A stretch of 62,943 nucleotides of DNA, filler included, from Basidiobolus meristosporus CBS 931.73 (lineage: Eukaryota; Fungi; Basidiobolomycota): the NCBI GenBank assembly GCA_002104905.1. It is 4 parts of 4 records of this genome, joined end to end, with 100 filler letters (N's around TTAATTAATTAA, not from the genome) between each part and the next. Parts side by side here need not be neighbours in the genome. Positions count along the whole stretch, not along the records: positions 1 to 16,453 come from MCFE01001124.1; positions 16,554 to 39,981 come from MCFE01000966.1; 2 more parts are not named here. One strand, 5' to 3'. The number at the start of each line of letters is the position of its first letter. Positions within the stretch are counted from its first letter, which is position 1. Under the pieces are notes generated by a model. That model did not search any database, was not told the DNA's origin, and saw only the letters and a list, made by a program, of their open reading frames with translations. Shown one piece after another: positions 13,381 through 25,222 of the stretch. The translations under genes were made by a program, and so were the position numbers.

Positions 13381-14403
13381 ACGCTCTAACAATGGTGGAG
13401 AATATACCTCAAAACTCTTCATCCACTTCTGCAAAATTCTGAGGATAAAGCAAGAGACTACTGTACCATACTCCCCACAGCAAAATGGAGTAGCGGAATG
13501 TACCAACAGATCAATAATTGATATGACAAGATCTATGATCCATGATCAAAAATTATCCTATGATTTTTGGGCGGAATCAGTTGCCACTGCTGTGTATCTT
13601 GAAAATAGGAGTAATAACAGAATACTTTGTGGTTCTACTCCATTTGAAGCAGCGTATGGATACAGACCAAGTGCAGAACATCCAAGAATATTTGGGTGTA
13701 CAGCATATGCCAAGAAACTGCCCAGAAATCAGTCAAAATTTGAGCCAAAAAGTGTAAAATGCATATTTTTGGGCTACTGCAATGAGAGTGAAGCATACAG
13801 ACTCTACAATACCAAAGCAAAGTAGCTAATAAAGTCAAGGGATGGGCTGTTTGATGAAAATTCAGAATTTTCACCAAAATGACTTCAGATGATGACAAAA
13901 ATCTGATCTCAAGTCCACCAATTGTCAGGTTTGAATCAGAGAAAAACAATGAAAATTTTTTCACTCCAAAGGACTCTACAACTGTGTTCAGCCAGAAGCA
14001 GTGCCCAAAATATTGCAGAAGTGATCATTTCAGTATCATATGCCTGGAGATCCAATCAGACAAGAAATAGCCCAAGTTACCATATCAATGAGGGTACAAA
14101 CTTAGCCTATGCCTATTCAGTCCATATTGATGAGCCCCAGACTGTAAAAGAGGCCCTAAATACCCATCAGACAAAGTTTTGGAGATCTGCAATGACTGAG
14201 GAATATCAGGCCCTGATGGAAAATCAAACCTGGGACTTAGTTAAATTACCAATTGACCAAATATCAATTGGATGCAGATGGGTCTTCAAGACAAAATACA
14301 AGGCTGAAAGTACAATTGAAAGATACAAAGCAATACTTGTAGCCAAAGGATACTCTCAAACAAAAGGACTTGACTATACTGAGACCTTTGCAAAAATTGT
14401 ATG

Positions 14404-16453
14404 AAACATATAGAATAGGTTGAGGAAGGTCCCAAGAACATGTGTGCAAAGCTTGGGGCTGTTTAGACAACTTTGAGAATTCTCAGGTTCTGGGTACCTG
14501 GTATTATGGTGAAAATATTCTAAGTAAATCCCAACAAGGAATTTAGTCAGTAGTCTCTAGGATTTGAAGGTAATGATCTAAGTGACTAAGTTACGTGAAT
14601 ACTTTGGTGGAATTACAAATTTTTTACAACACTCCCACAGCTAAATGTTCATACTGACAAGTCCTAATTTTGACCTAAGATATTCAAACTTGTCTCTAGC
14701 TAATGGTTTGGTAAATATGTCTGCAATCATTTCATCTGTAGGACAGTAAACTAAGCTAACTAAGTTATTCTCTATAGCTTCATGTATGAAATGATGTCTA
14801 ATAACTATGTGCATAGTTCTAGCCTGAATAGTTGGATTTATACCTAGTTGTATACATCCTTGATTATCTTGAAATAAGGTAATAGGTGTTTTTTGACATA
14901 TGCCTAAATCTGTAAAAAGCTTTCTTAACCACATTGCTTCTGCTGTAGCTTAACAGGCTGCCATATACTCTGCCTATGCGGTCAAAAGTACTATGGTTGG
15001 TTGCTTTCTTGAAATCCATGAAATTGCTCCTTTGCAGTAAAGAAAGGTGTATCCTGTGGTGGATCTTCTGTCTTCCAAGTTTTGTCCCCAATCAGCATTA
15101 GAGTATCCCACAAGATTCTGTTCTGAATCCTCCTAAGTGTATCTTAAGCAGATATCAGCAGTTCCTTTTAGGTATCTTAAAATCTGCTTAACTGCTGCAA
15201 TATGAGCAGATCCATAGTTCTGATTATGTTGGCTGACAACTCCCACTGAATATGAGATATCTGGACATGTTCCAAGCATGATATACATTAGACTGCTGAC
15301 CATGGACTGATAAGGAAAGTCAGGCCTTTCAGATGGCACCAAGCTCTCTTGATTTGGTTGAGCTTTGACCAAGTTAAGGTTTGTCTCCATTGGGGTAGCA
15401 GCCTGTTTACAATCTTCCATTTGGTACTTCTTTAGTATATCATGAATACACTTGGACTGGCTTAGGGTGGTAGTCTGGGTACTTATGTCCATGGAGAATT
15501 TAATCCCTAAGTAGTAACTGGGTTCTCCTAGAATGGACATCTTGAACTCCTTAGATAAGCTGTTTTAGTCTCTTCCAATGTTTCTAAGTTATTGGCCGCT
15601 ATAATAAGATCATCCACATATGGAGCTAATAGAACTGGATTTGCTCTATCTGGCTTATAGTATATACTACAGTCAGTATTACTCCTATTGAAACTCAAAG
15701 ATTCCAAATATGAATCCATCTTGCAATTCCTGGCTCCTGGTGATTGTTTGAGACCATATGGTGACTTTTTAAGCTTGCAGACCAAATGGGGGTTATCCTG
15801 GTCAGCAAACCCATCAGGCTGGTCCAAATACACATCCTCATCAACTTCTCCATTCATATATGTAGTTTTTATATCCATTTGATGAATAAAAAACTTATAT
15901 TTGGCTGCAATAGCCAATATCAATCTGATGGAATTAAACTTGGCTACCAGTGCAAAGGTCTCAGTATAGTCAAGTCCTTTTGTTTGAGAGTATCCTTTGG
16001 CTACAGGTATTGCTTTGTATCTTTAAATTGTACCATCAGCCTTGTATTTTGTCATGAAGACCCATCTGCATCCAATTGATTTTTGGTTGGTTGGTGATTG
16101 ACTAAGTCCCAAGTTTGATTTTCCATCAGGGCCTGATATTCCTCAGTTGTTGCAGTTCTCCAAAACTTTGTCTGATGAGTATTTAGGGCCTCTTTTACAA
16201 TCTGGGGCTCATCAATATGGACTGAATAGGCATAGGCCAAGTTTGTACCCTCATTGATATAGTAACTTGGCTATTTCTTTTCCAATTGGATCTTCAGGCA
16301 TTTGATACTGGAATGATTGCTTCTGCAAAATTCCTGGGCACTGATTCTGGCTGAACCATGGTTGTAGAGTCCTTTGGAGTGAAAAAGTTTTCATTGTTTT
16401 GCTCTGATTCAAACCTGACAATTGGTGACTTGAGATCAGATTTTTTTTATCAT
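14404..16453 (-). mobile_element. Decayed copia family A 3' half with partial 3' LTR (about 14404-14631), cut by contig end
   Basis: ORFs 14641-16240 match the RT/RNase H of the intact copy. Confidence 0.9.
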
Positions 16454-16553
16454 NNNNNNNNNNNNNNNNNNNNNNNNNNNNNNNNNNNNNNNNNNNNTTA
16501 ATTAATTAANNNNNNNNNNNNNNNNNNNNNNNNNNNNNNNNNNNNNNNNNNNN
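16454..16553. other. Artificial contig spacer
   Basis: 44 N + TTAATTAATTAA + 44 N. The palindrome gives stops in all six frames. Confidence 0.97.
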
Positions 16554-18455
16554 CTTAGCCAAAGCTCTGATGACTCCATGCTGTTGTGCATAACCTATTT
16601 AAGATGAGGATTAATGCTGGTATTCTAGAGCCTTATTGTGGACTATATACTTGCAGATGATTTGTGGCTAAAAAGAAAATCAAAAACTCTGATTCATACA
16701 CTCTATGCAAACTGCAAAAGCTGCCACTATTAACAATGCTGTTGGGTACTCATTCATTGATAGCTTTGCCAAAAACATTAGTGGGCACTGTTTCTGCTTG
16801 ACATATGACTGTTGCTTACAATATGACCAGATATCCCAGGATAAAGTGCCAAATTATGTGTTTGCACTGCAAACACCTTTTGTACAGTTAAGAATGACAA
16901 CACTCAGACAAGGGGCAATGAATTCTATGGCTCAGTTGCAGAGATGTATGGTAAGCTTGCTCTACCTTTTTATAACTGAGAAACTTGCTGTCTTTGGTGA
17001 TAACATAAGCATCAGTGGATCAAGTTCCAAAATACAAATGAAGTTATGTTTTGAGTAAGAAGGTTACTCTATGTTGCAATTTAAGAAGTAATTTGGATAC
17101 AAGGAGCTTATCAAGAAATAGTGATAATTGTTCAACTGCTGTTTAATCATAAAGAAGCTCAGTATTTATACCTTTGTAGAAGTAATACAATTGTAACACT
17201 AAATAAGGAGGGCTTCTCAACACTCAGAAGCATTCTGTAACAGTTTCAGGCTTAGCAGATAATGTTTGCTAAGAGTGCTAATGTGATCTTGACTATAGGG
17301 GAATAATGATGGGTGCATAGATCTGAAGAAAGTAGCAAAGTTAGGGTTGTAAGTTAGCTTACAGTGACCAAGACTAGTCCAGAATTGTTAAGTAGACTTT
17401 TAGCTGCTGTAAAATTCAAGATAGTCCCATATGTCAACAGGGTTCACCATCAGTGTAAGAAGAGCAGCTTTGATGTATCAGAGATATCCATTGTTTGACA
17501 AGCATGTAACGGCTGGTCAACTGAAGACCCCAAGATACAAAAAACGTGCTTCTGGGCAACTCCCACAAATCTTACACAAGCTTGCTACATGATGGTAGCA
17601 TGTGGGTTCTTAATGATGTGGATATCAGGTTTTTCTGAAATCAAAAAAGAACAAATATCAGCTGCAAATAGTCACTTTTCCTTTAATCCAAGAAGAAGAA
17701 CAAGAAAAAACCATGCAGCTGCAGAAAGAGGCCTTAGCATCTCCATGTATTCTAAGACCTCTTAACTTTCAGAACTATGAACATCTACCTGAGTTTATAG
17801 TTAATGCCAGCTTTTGTGGAGTTGGAACATTATTTGGACATAATGACCAAGATGGCAACTCATACACCGGCAGATATGAGTGCTGCTTATTCTTCCCTGA
17901 AGAGAGCTACTGGGAGCTGTGACAATGCTGAAGAAGCTGAAGTTACAACTCTACGTATTGCATTTTGTCCTGAAGACAGATGCAAAGCCTTTTATAGAAA
18001 TAATTGACAAGCATGACTTACCCATATTCCCACAGCTCAGAGATACTACTTGGAAAATATGTGCTTTGATATTTAACACTATAATGTGTCATATTTAGCT
18101 ATCTAAGCCTTGCCTAATAAGAGCTATACTAATTGGGGATTTGAACTTGAAGACATAATCTGCAGGTCTGGCTGCATCTGCCAGTCTGATGCTGACAGAG
18201 GCAAAATGGCATCTTAAGTGATTCATGAATTGTGCTCAAAATACAAGATATAAGTTTCTTTTACTGCTAATCACCACCCTCAAGTCAGTGAAGTTGTAGA
18301 AGGAGTCCATACTCCACCCATAAGCACTCTAGTCAGGAGCTTTGGCAACAACACCATAGAATAGCCACATCAGTTGCATCTTGCACTCTGGGCAGATACA
18401 ACCACTAACAAGAGAACAAATGTATTCTTGGCAGTTAAGCTACGCTCTTGACAAG
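16554..18455 (+). mobile_element. Highly decayed Ty3/gypsy-type pol remnant
   Basis: RMTTLRQGAMNSMAQLQR (RT-like), IVNASFCGVGTLFG..RYE (RNase H-like), HLALWAD (integrase-like); many stops. Confidence 0.6.
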
Positions 18456-18459
18456 AGTT

Positions 18460-19560
18460 AGTTATATGAAGTGTATGCCATCATAAGTATTGGATATGTT
18501 TGCACTTGATTGATGCTGAGTGATATACTTTAGCTTTGCAATACTTGTAGGGCTGAATAAGCTTCTTAGATGGGGTATTACCAGAATATGTATAAAATGT
18601 GAGCTATATTTTCCTCCTGTGGTGGTGGATTCCAGACAAGTTGCCAACCTTGCAATGGTGGCATTCTCTAATGTGAATGACGTGTATCTGTTGACTAATG
18701 CTGTTATCAGGATAGTCTCTGGGTCATATTTTGCCAGCATCATTACAGTTGTCCATTTGTACTGTTTACATGGTAAATTTGATACTGAAATGAATTTAAC
18801 AACATGTAGTAGTAATTCATCAAAGCCTAAAATACTGATATTTGTGGAAACTCCCCACTTTGTTGTGAAGCTGAAGGCATCAGAAACTCATCTAACTAAG
18901 TGTGTGCCAGGTGATAAGTACAGCTAGTGCTATTATGGAAGTGTCAACTGGCTGGCAAGATATTATTGGCATAACCCTAAATGACTGCATATGATCCTGG
19001 TAATACTTCCCATGCTGTCTGCATGCTTCATGGCTGAGAGGCTTGTCAAAATGGCCAAATGGTTTTTTTTTGCTTCTCTTATGGCTTTAAATCTAAGTAG
19101 TCCGCCTTGTGGGGGCAAACACTTTGACACTCAGCAACATAATGCTATTTACCACTATTTTGTCAATACTGTTGTGAATTCAAAACTGCCATGTATTTGA
19201 GACACTGCTCCTACATGAATATAAGATTCTATGAAGACCTGCCATGGTTAGTATTACAAATAAAGTAGAGGCACCACATGCACCAGTATATGTACCATTA
19301 TTTACCCTTTGGATTGACACACCCAACATAGATTCTGCCAAAAAATCAAGGTAAAGTTGTCTAGTTCCCAACTCCACCACAGTGTTGACAGCAACAAAAG
19401 AATGGTTTGGCAATAGCTTGCTTTGACATTCAGTGTACTATGCTGGAATACATCCAAAAGATGCCATGCTCCTGGTGTTTCCACTAACAGTAATAATGCA
19501 GATTCTTCAGGCTCTCAGTCAAGTATGCAGTTGAGAATCTCTGCAGAGCCACAAGCTAGC
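18460..19560 (-). mobile_element. Second decayed copy of the CMC/EnSpm-like element
   Basis: YKWTTVMMLAKYDPETILITALVNRYTSFTLENATIA and DKPLSHEACRQH are collinear with 1-1540. Confidence 0.65.
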
Positions 19561-19661
19561 CATAATGTACAGGCAGATCAGAATGTAGCAAAAGCAGTAC
19601 CTTTAGTTGCAGATTGGCAAGTGATCATCAGAACATCACTACCACTTGTATCAGCAAGTAA

Positions 19662-19982
19662 CCCTAAGAAAAAAATTAAAAAAAGGCCAGCAAAATACAA
19701 TCAAAATATCAGCTGAATTCTAACTTTCTCAAAATTTACAACTCACAATGTCTCTGTTGCTAGCTGAAAGACAGGTAAGCAAACAAATTCTCCAGGAGCA
19801 GAGTAGGCCAACCAACATCCATGCCAAATCTGGTCATGCACTGCCCATTACTTCCATCAAAAAATACATTTGACACTATGAACTTCAAACACCAGCTAAA
19901 TACCAGCAAAATACCATCAGAATACCAGCAGTACACCAGCTAAAAGTTAGATGAGTTCCAAGTTTAAAATTTTTCTTAGGGG
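19662..19982. mobile_element. MITE with about 14-bp TIR ccctaagaaaaa(a)tt, flanked by TAA/TAA
   Basis: taa|ccctaagaaaaaaatt ... aatttttcttagggg|taa. A homologous copy lies at 24384-24659. Confidence 0.7.
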
Positions 19983-20329
19983 TAAGTTGTCAGCTCATAC
20001 CAAAGCATTAATGAGGAAATTAGGTGCAGTGGCAGATAGAATAGATGCAATGGCCAAGCAAAATCTGTATATTGTCTGGACAGGAATACTGGGTAACACA
20101 TGTAGTGCAATCAATATCCCTGGTTGGGAATGTGGTATCTTTGCTGCAAAGAAGGAACTCAAGTAGCGCAAAGCCACCACCAAAAATTTAGCCATTTTCC
20201 AATGTAAATCAGAGGAACACTGTACAGTCTTTGTAGCACAATTACATTGCCCAAAGATAATGCCTAAAGAAAAACATATCACAGCATAGGAGGGAGCAAC
20301 TGTTGAATTTATGCCCAAGCCTAAAAATC

Positions 20330-21960
20330 AAGATCTGTGAAGCTGTTTAGTGCACTAATGAAGAGCAGACTTATGTTCATAGGGTTATTAGAATTCTAGG
20401 TTGGCATTAACTTAAAGCCAATTGACTATGGGACCATAAGGAGCTCAAGGCCAAGTAGAATGTACTTGACCTGTCCCAAGATGATTATTCTGGCCTAAAG
20501 CAAGCAAACAGATTTTCAGCCAGCATTGGAATGCTAAGAAAGTATCTTAGAATAGCAGAAACTATCCAAAGTGGAAGAAAAAAGATGTCATGGCCAAAAA
20601 CCAGCAGCTTCCTCAAGAGCTTGTCACAAGCAAGGCTGCAAGCTCTAAGCATGTGGAAAGAAATGTCAGTTAGGCAGAAGAGTGCCAGTGAGGGACATGC
20701 AGGCAGAAACAAATGCATTGGTGCAGCATTTATCTAGGAGAAAGCAAAGTTCAATAGAATATGCATTCAGTCAAAGTAGCAGTGAAGGACTTGAGAGTGC
20801 TAGAAAATGTCAGCTTGTTGGGAAATTGCAGAAAAGAGACAAGCAAGCAAAAAAAGGTGCACCAGCGCAGTATTCATCAAGGAGAAAACAAAGTACCATA
20901 CAAGAAGCACTCAGTCAAAGTAGTACTGAGCAACATGGCAATGATAAAGGTCATGTTGAAGAGAAAATGTCTAGCTAAGCCAGAGAAAGCTGCAGTTTTC
21001 ACCAGTTAGGACAGTCAGCCCAGAGCAGACCATTTGGCATCATAGCCTGGAAGAACTACCAACAAGAATGCAGCGCTTTTCTCAATAGCTAGACACACTG
21101 CCAGTTGAGCTACACTCCAAGGAGGTAGATGAGTTAACAGAGAAAAGCAATTTGTCTTCCTTTGCTTCTGCATTCTCCATTGTAGACAGAGTGGAAATCT
21201 AATTGACAGACAAAGTAATAATGAAAATAACTCAAAGAACCATCATAGTACCTAGAGCAGAATTTTGCTAAACTAATACACATACCAATAGGTTGCAGAA
21301 CTCCTTCAAGAGCTGTGCACAAGCAAACACACTTGCATATTGCAAGGATATGTTGCAAAGACTGGCAGATGAGGTGCTGCAGTGGTGTATAGGTCCAAGG
21401 GAGAGATACATCCAACACTTCTCAAGTGTTTTGTGTGTGGGTTGTTCACTGGGTGCAATCACCTCTGACAAAAGCTTGCTAGGAATACTTGGGTTCTGTC
21501 TTTAATCTAATGTGAAGGGGAATAAAGCCACAAGCTTGTCAAGGGAAACCTATTGAGCTACAATCCTCAACTTAGTTGGCATCTTAACAAAAGTATGTGC
21601 TGGGTTCAGCGTCCTTTGAGATGACAATGTACTAAAGCTTCCAGAGTCAAAACAACTGTAAACTCCACCAGCAGGGACTTGATAAGAATGCAGCCGTGGT
21701 CAATAGTTACAAAGACAGAAAAGTATCTTTGCCTGTACAATAACAAACTTGGGAAAGAATCAAATATAGTAAAAGATACCTACTCTGAGTATTCCACTTG
21801 AGATCATCCAACCTGTAGGAGTCAAATGCAAGTGTACCAATGGAGTCTGTAAGTAAAAAATGCAAAAAAGAGGTAATGGCCAATCAATGTACAAAAATGC
21901 AGGAAACTATTCAGTGTCCAGGACCAGAAAGTGAGAAATGGCAGTAAACCTATCAAAAGT
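20330..21960 (+). repeat. Unclassified interspersed repeat with K/S/Q-rich coding remnant, interrupted at 21378
   Basis: Homologous to the minus strand of 52250-53396 (NSFKSCAQANTLAYCKDMLQRLADEVL vs HFFKSSAQENALKYCMDLLQRLADKVL). Confidence 0.65.
21378..21793. mobile_element. Truncated copy of the 9374-type solo LTR
   Basis: Nearly identical to 9374-9790. Starts tgcagtggtgtataggtcc after GTGC; the right end is missing. Confidence 0.8.
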
Positions 21961-22009
21961 TACTTACATAACCTTGTGATGAGAGTGTAGACCAAGTTTT
22001 TTGTGACAT

Positions 22010-23700
22010 CTACGGTTCTGTGATTGTTGAGACAGCTTGGAGATATTGGAAGTGACTAGGAGTTCAAGTAGACTATATGGTTTTCATTTAATGATATAAT
22101 GAATGTAAAAGCTTTATATATAACTTTGAGAATTTCATGCACTGGATGCCTGATGTATTGATGAGAATCTCCCAAGTCATCACAAGGAACTTAGTTGATA
22201 TTGTTGTAGACTAGTGGTTAACAATCTAGGTGACTTAATCAAGTGAGTAGTGGGTTTGGGTTACAAGCTTTTACAACACTCTCACTCATCTGAATGTTCA
22301 TTTTCACCAGTCCTAATTGTAGCCCAGGATATTGGAGTTTGTCTCTGGCTAATGGTGTGTTAAGTATCTCAGCTATAATCTCATCTGTAAAACAGCAAGC
22401 TAAGTAAACTAGTTATTTTTCTAGAGCTTCACAGGTGAAATGATGTATAATATATAGGTGCATAACTCTAGCATGAAAAGTTGGATTTTACCTAGTTGTA
22501 TACATCTTTGCTTATCTTGGGATAAAGTAAAAGTTATTTTGAACTAAATCTTAAACCTTTGAAAATCTTTCTTAGCCACATTGCTTTATTTATAGCATTG
22601 CAGACTGCATTTTACTCAGCTTTTTTGGTTGAAAGTGTAATGGCTAGTTGCTTTGCCAAGTGCTATGAGTTGCTCCCTTTGGGTGACAAAAGGTGCATCC
22701 TGTTATAATTCTTCTAACTTCAAAATTTTGTCCCTAAGCAGCATCAAAGTATCCCACAAGATCATGCTCTAAGTCCTTATAGATGTATCTTGAGCATATA
22801 TGGGAAGCTTGACTTTGCTATCTGAAATCTTCTTGAATGTTAAAATATAATTAAATCCATAGTGGTGATAATGCTGGCTGACAACTCCTACTGAATACAA
22901 GTAATCTGTGCATGTCTCAAGCATGCTGTAAATCGGAATGCTGACCATATATTGGTAAAGTAACTCAGAGCTTTCAGATGGTGCCAAGCACTTTTGATTA
23001 GGTTGAGCATTGACCAAGTTAAGGCTTGTCTCCATTGGAGTGGCAGTCACCTGTAGTCTTTCATTTAGTACTTGTTAAATATATCACAAATAAGCTTGGA
23101 TTGGCTCAGGTTGGTAGTCTGAGTACTTTTATCTATGGTTAACCCCATCCCTAATAAATGGCTGAGCTCTTCTAGATTGGGCATATTTAGCTCTTTAGAT
23201 TGGCTGGATTTGACCTCTTCCAATATTTCTTGGTTATTGATGGTTTTAATAACATCATCCAATTATAATGCTAGTAGAGCTAGGTTTGCTCTCTCTGGCT
23301 TATGTCAAATACTATTGACAGTAGTGCTTCTTTGGAAACTCAAAGGTCCTAAATAAGAATCTATCTTGCAATTTCAAGCTCTTACGGACTGATTGAGTCC
23401 TTATAGATATTTACTTAGCTTGCAGATCAAAATTGAGTTATCTGAGTCATCAAGTCAATTATACTGGCTTATATACATGTCCTGATCAAGTTGTCCATTG
23501 AATATGCAGCCTTTACATCTATTTGATCAGTAAAAAACCTGTGTTCAGCTGTAATAGTCATTATTAGTCTGATAAAATTATACTAGCTACTGGTGCAAAG
23601 GTCTCAGTATTGTCTGGTCATCTAGTTTGATTGTATCCTTTGTATACAGGTCTCAACTGATATCCTTGATTTGCTCTGTTATGATGTACTGTTTGAACAT
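22010..23700 (-). mobile_element. Old, heavily decayed copia RT/RNase H plus LTR remnant
   Basis: ATPMETSLNLVNAQPNQ and MDDVIKTINNQEILEEVK fragments resemble family A. Confidence 0.75.
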
Positions 23701-24141
23701 TTAGGTTGTAACAGTTCTTGGTCAAATCAGTTAGTTTTAAGTTTAGCCTTGCAATATATCAATATTATCTATCAAATCAGTTGTATAAGCTGGCAGATGA
23801 ATCAGAAGATCCTTATTACACAGAAATTGGTATATTCAATATAACCTAACTGGGTGATGAAGATGCAATTAAATGAGTCATCAGCCACAACCTGCACTAG
23901 GAAATACAATTAGTCAGCAATTGATCAGGCAAAATGCATATAAGAAGCTCCTGGAACCTCAGCAAACATTGGTTATAGTTTTAGTGAATACATTACCGGC
24001 TAAACTCCCTATTCCTCTTCAATTCATATGTCAAGAATTGTAACATTGGTAGAAGCAATAACCAGAAACCTCCCTCTGGAAGGGAGAAGATGCCTCTCCC
24101 TGGATGTTGGAAAACTAGAATGGAACAATGCTATGTAGTGC

Positions 24142-25222
24142 TGTGGTGGTGTAGAGGGACTCCTGAGAGAAGCTACACAACTGAAGGTGTGTGAAGTGTC
24201 TGATAGATGCTACAACCTCTGGGTCTAAGCTGCTGGTGTCTTTGTCAATTTGTCACTATGGTAAAAGCCCCTGCATCTCTAGCTTCCTAGGTGCTCCAAG
24301 TGTCCCCAAAGACCTCTGTGTGCCATACACACTACCTTGAAAAGCCCCTTTATGGCTGGTCTGAGGTATAGCTGTTAAAGTTACCCTAAGAAAAGGCCAG
24401 TATAATACCACCATAATAGTAGCTGAATTCCAAGTTTCTTAAAATTGACAACTCCCAATATCTCTGTTATCAGCCAATGGGCTGGTAAGCAAACAAATTC
24501 TCCAGGAGAAGACTGGGTCAAGTAGCTTCCATACTAGACTTGTAAATTAGCTGCCCATTACTTCTATCAATGATTGCATTTGAAATTTTGAACCAAAAGC
24601 ACCAACTGAGTACCAGTGACAAATTGAATGAACTCCAAGTTTAAGATTTCTCATAGGGGTAGGAGCAATGGTCCACTGCCCATCAATAAGAAAGAAGTGT
24701 TACTGATAGAAGGAATAATTATTGATGGGAGATTGACTTTGCTTGAATACTTTTCCAGATTGCCAAGTGATTACTAATGACAAGGTTCTAGAAGATTCCA
24801 GGCATTGATGGAATTCTGAATGACATTACCTTGAGCTAAAAATACTCCAAGAAGGTCCTGGTAGGCTCTAAAAGGTACAGCACATCCAGCCAATCAAGGA
24901 ACAGTAGTCTGAAACCTGTGTAGCATAGAGATACCATATATGGTATCGATATTGTAGGGATAGTGACACAGACTTAGGTCATGTGTCATGGGTACTGACA
25001 TGAGTACTTGCCTAATGAAGATACACATACTGATCACAATGCTGAACAGCATCTGGGATAAGTAATGCTGATAACTAATCTGGAGTAACATCATGGAGGG
25101 ATGATACTAATAACATGGGCAACAAAGAATAAGATAATACTGATAAGATAAAATATGGATAAGTGTATCATCATAGCTATATGGATCAACTTGACTGTAG
25201 GAGGTTTGTTTACCCTACCCCA
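24142..25222. mobile_element. Solo LTR-like element of the 12578 type with nested MITE, 4-bp TSD GTGC
   Basis: GTGC at 24138-24141 and 25223-25226; termini tgtgg...cccca. Confidence 0.85.
24384..24659. mobile_element. Second copy of the ccctaag MITE
   Basis: tta|ccctaagaaaa ... tttctcatagggg|taa. Internal gcaaacaaattctccaggag is shared with 19662-19982. Confidence 0.7.

Larger units (their letters stand above)
9291..14403 (+). mobile_element. Decayed, 3'-truncated copia family A copy carrying three nested insertions
   Basis: LTR starts tgttgtaaaa at 9291 and ends tacaaca at 10927, followed by PBS ggttatgaacccc. Gag/PR/IN/RT fragments are in ORFs 10791-14404. Insertions at 9374-10444, 10666-10876 and 12578-13380. 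Confidence 0.9.

Noticed and set aside
16498-16509. Palindrome TTAATTAATTAA inside N runs (also 40026-40037 and 51781-51792)
   Set aside because: Identical 100-bp construct at all three gaps with stops in six frames: a contig-joining linker, not biology.
19995-20318. Hydrophobic minus-strand ORF faintly like a sugar-porter segment (captured host gene?)
   Set aside because: No diagnostic motif (e.g. PESP, ExxxxxxRG) is recognisable; cannot be supported without a search.
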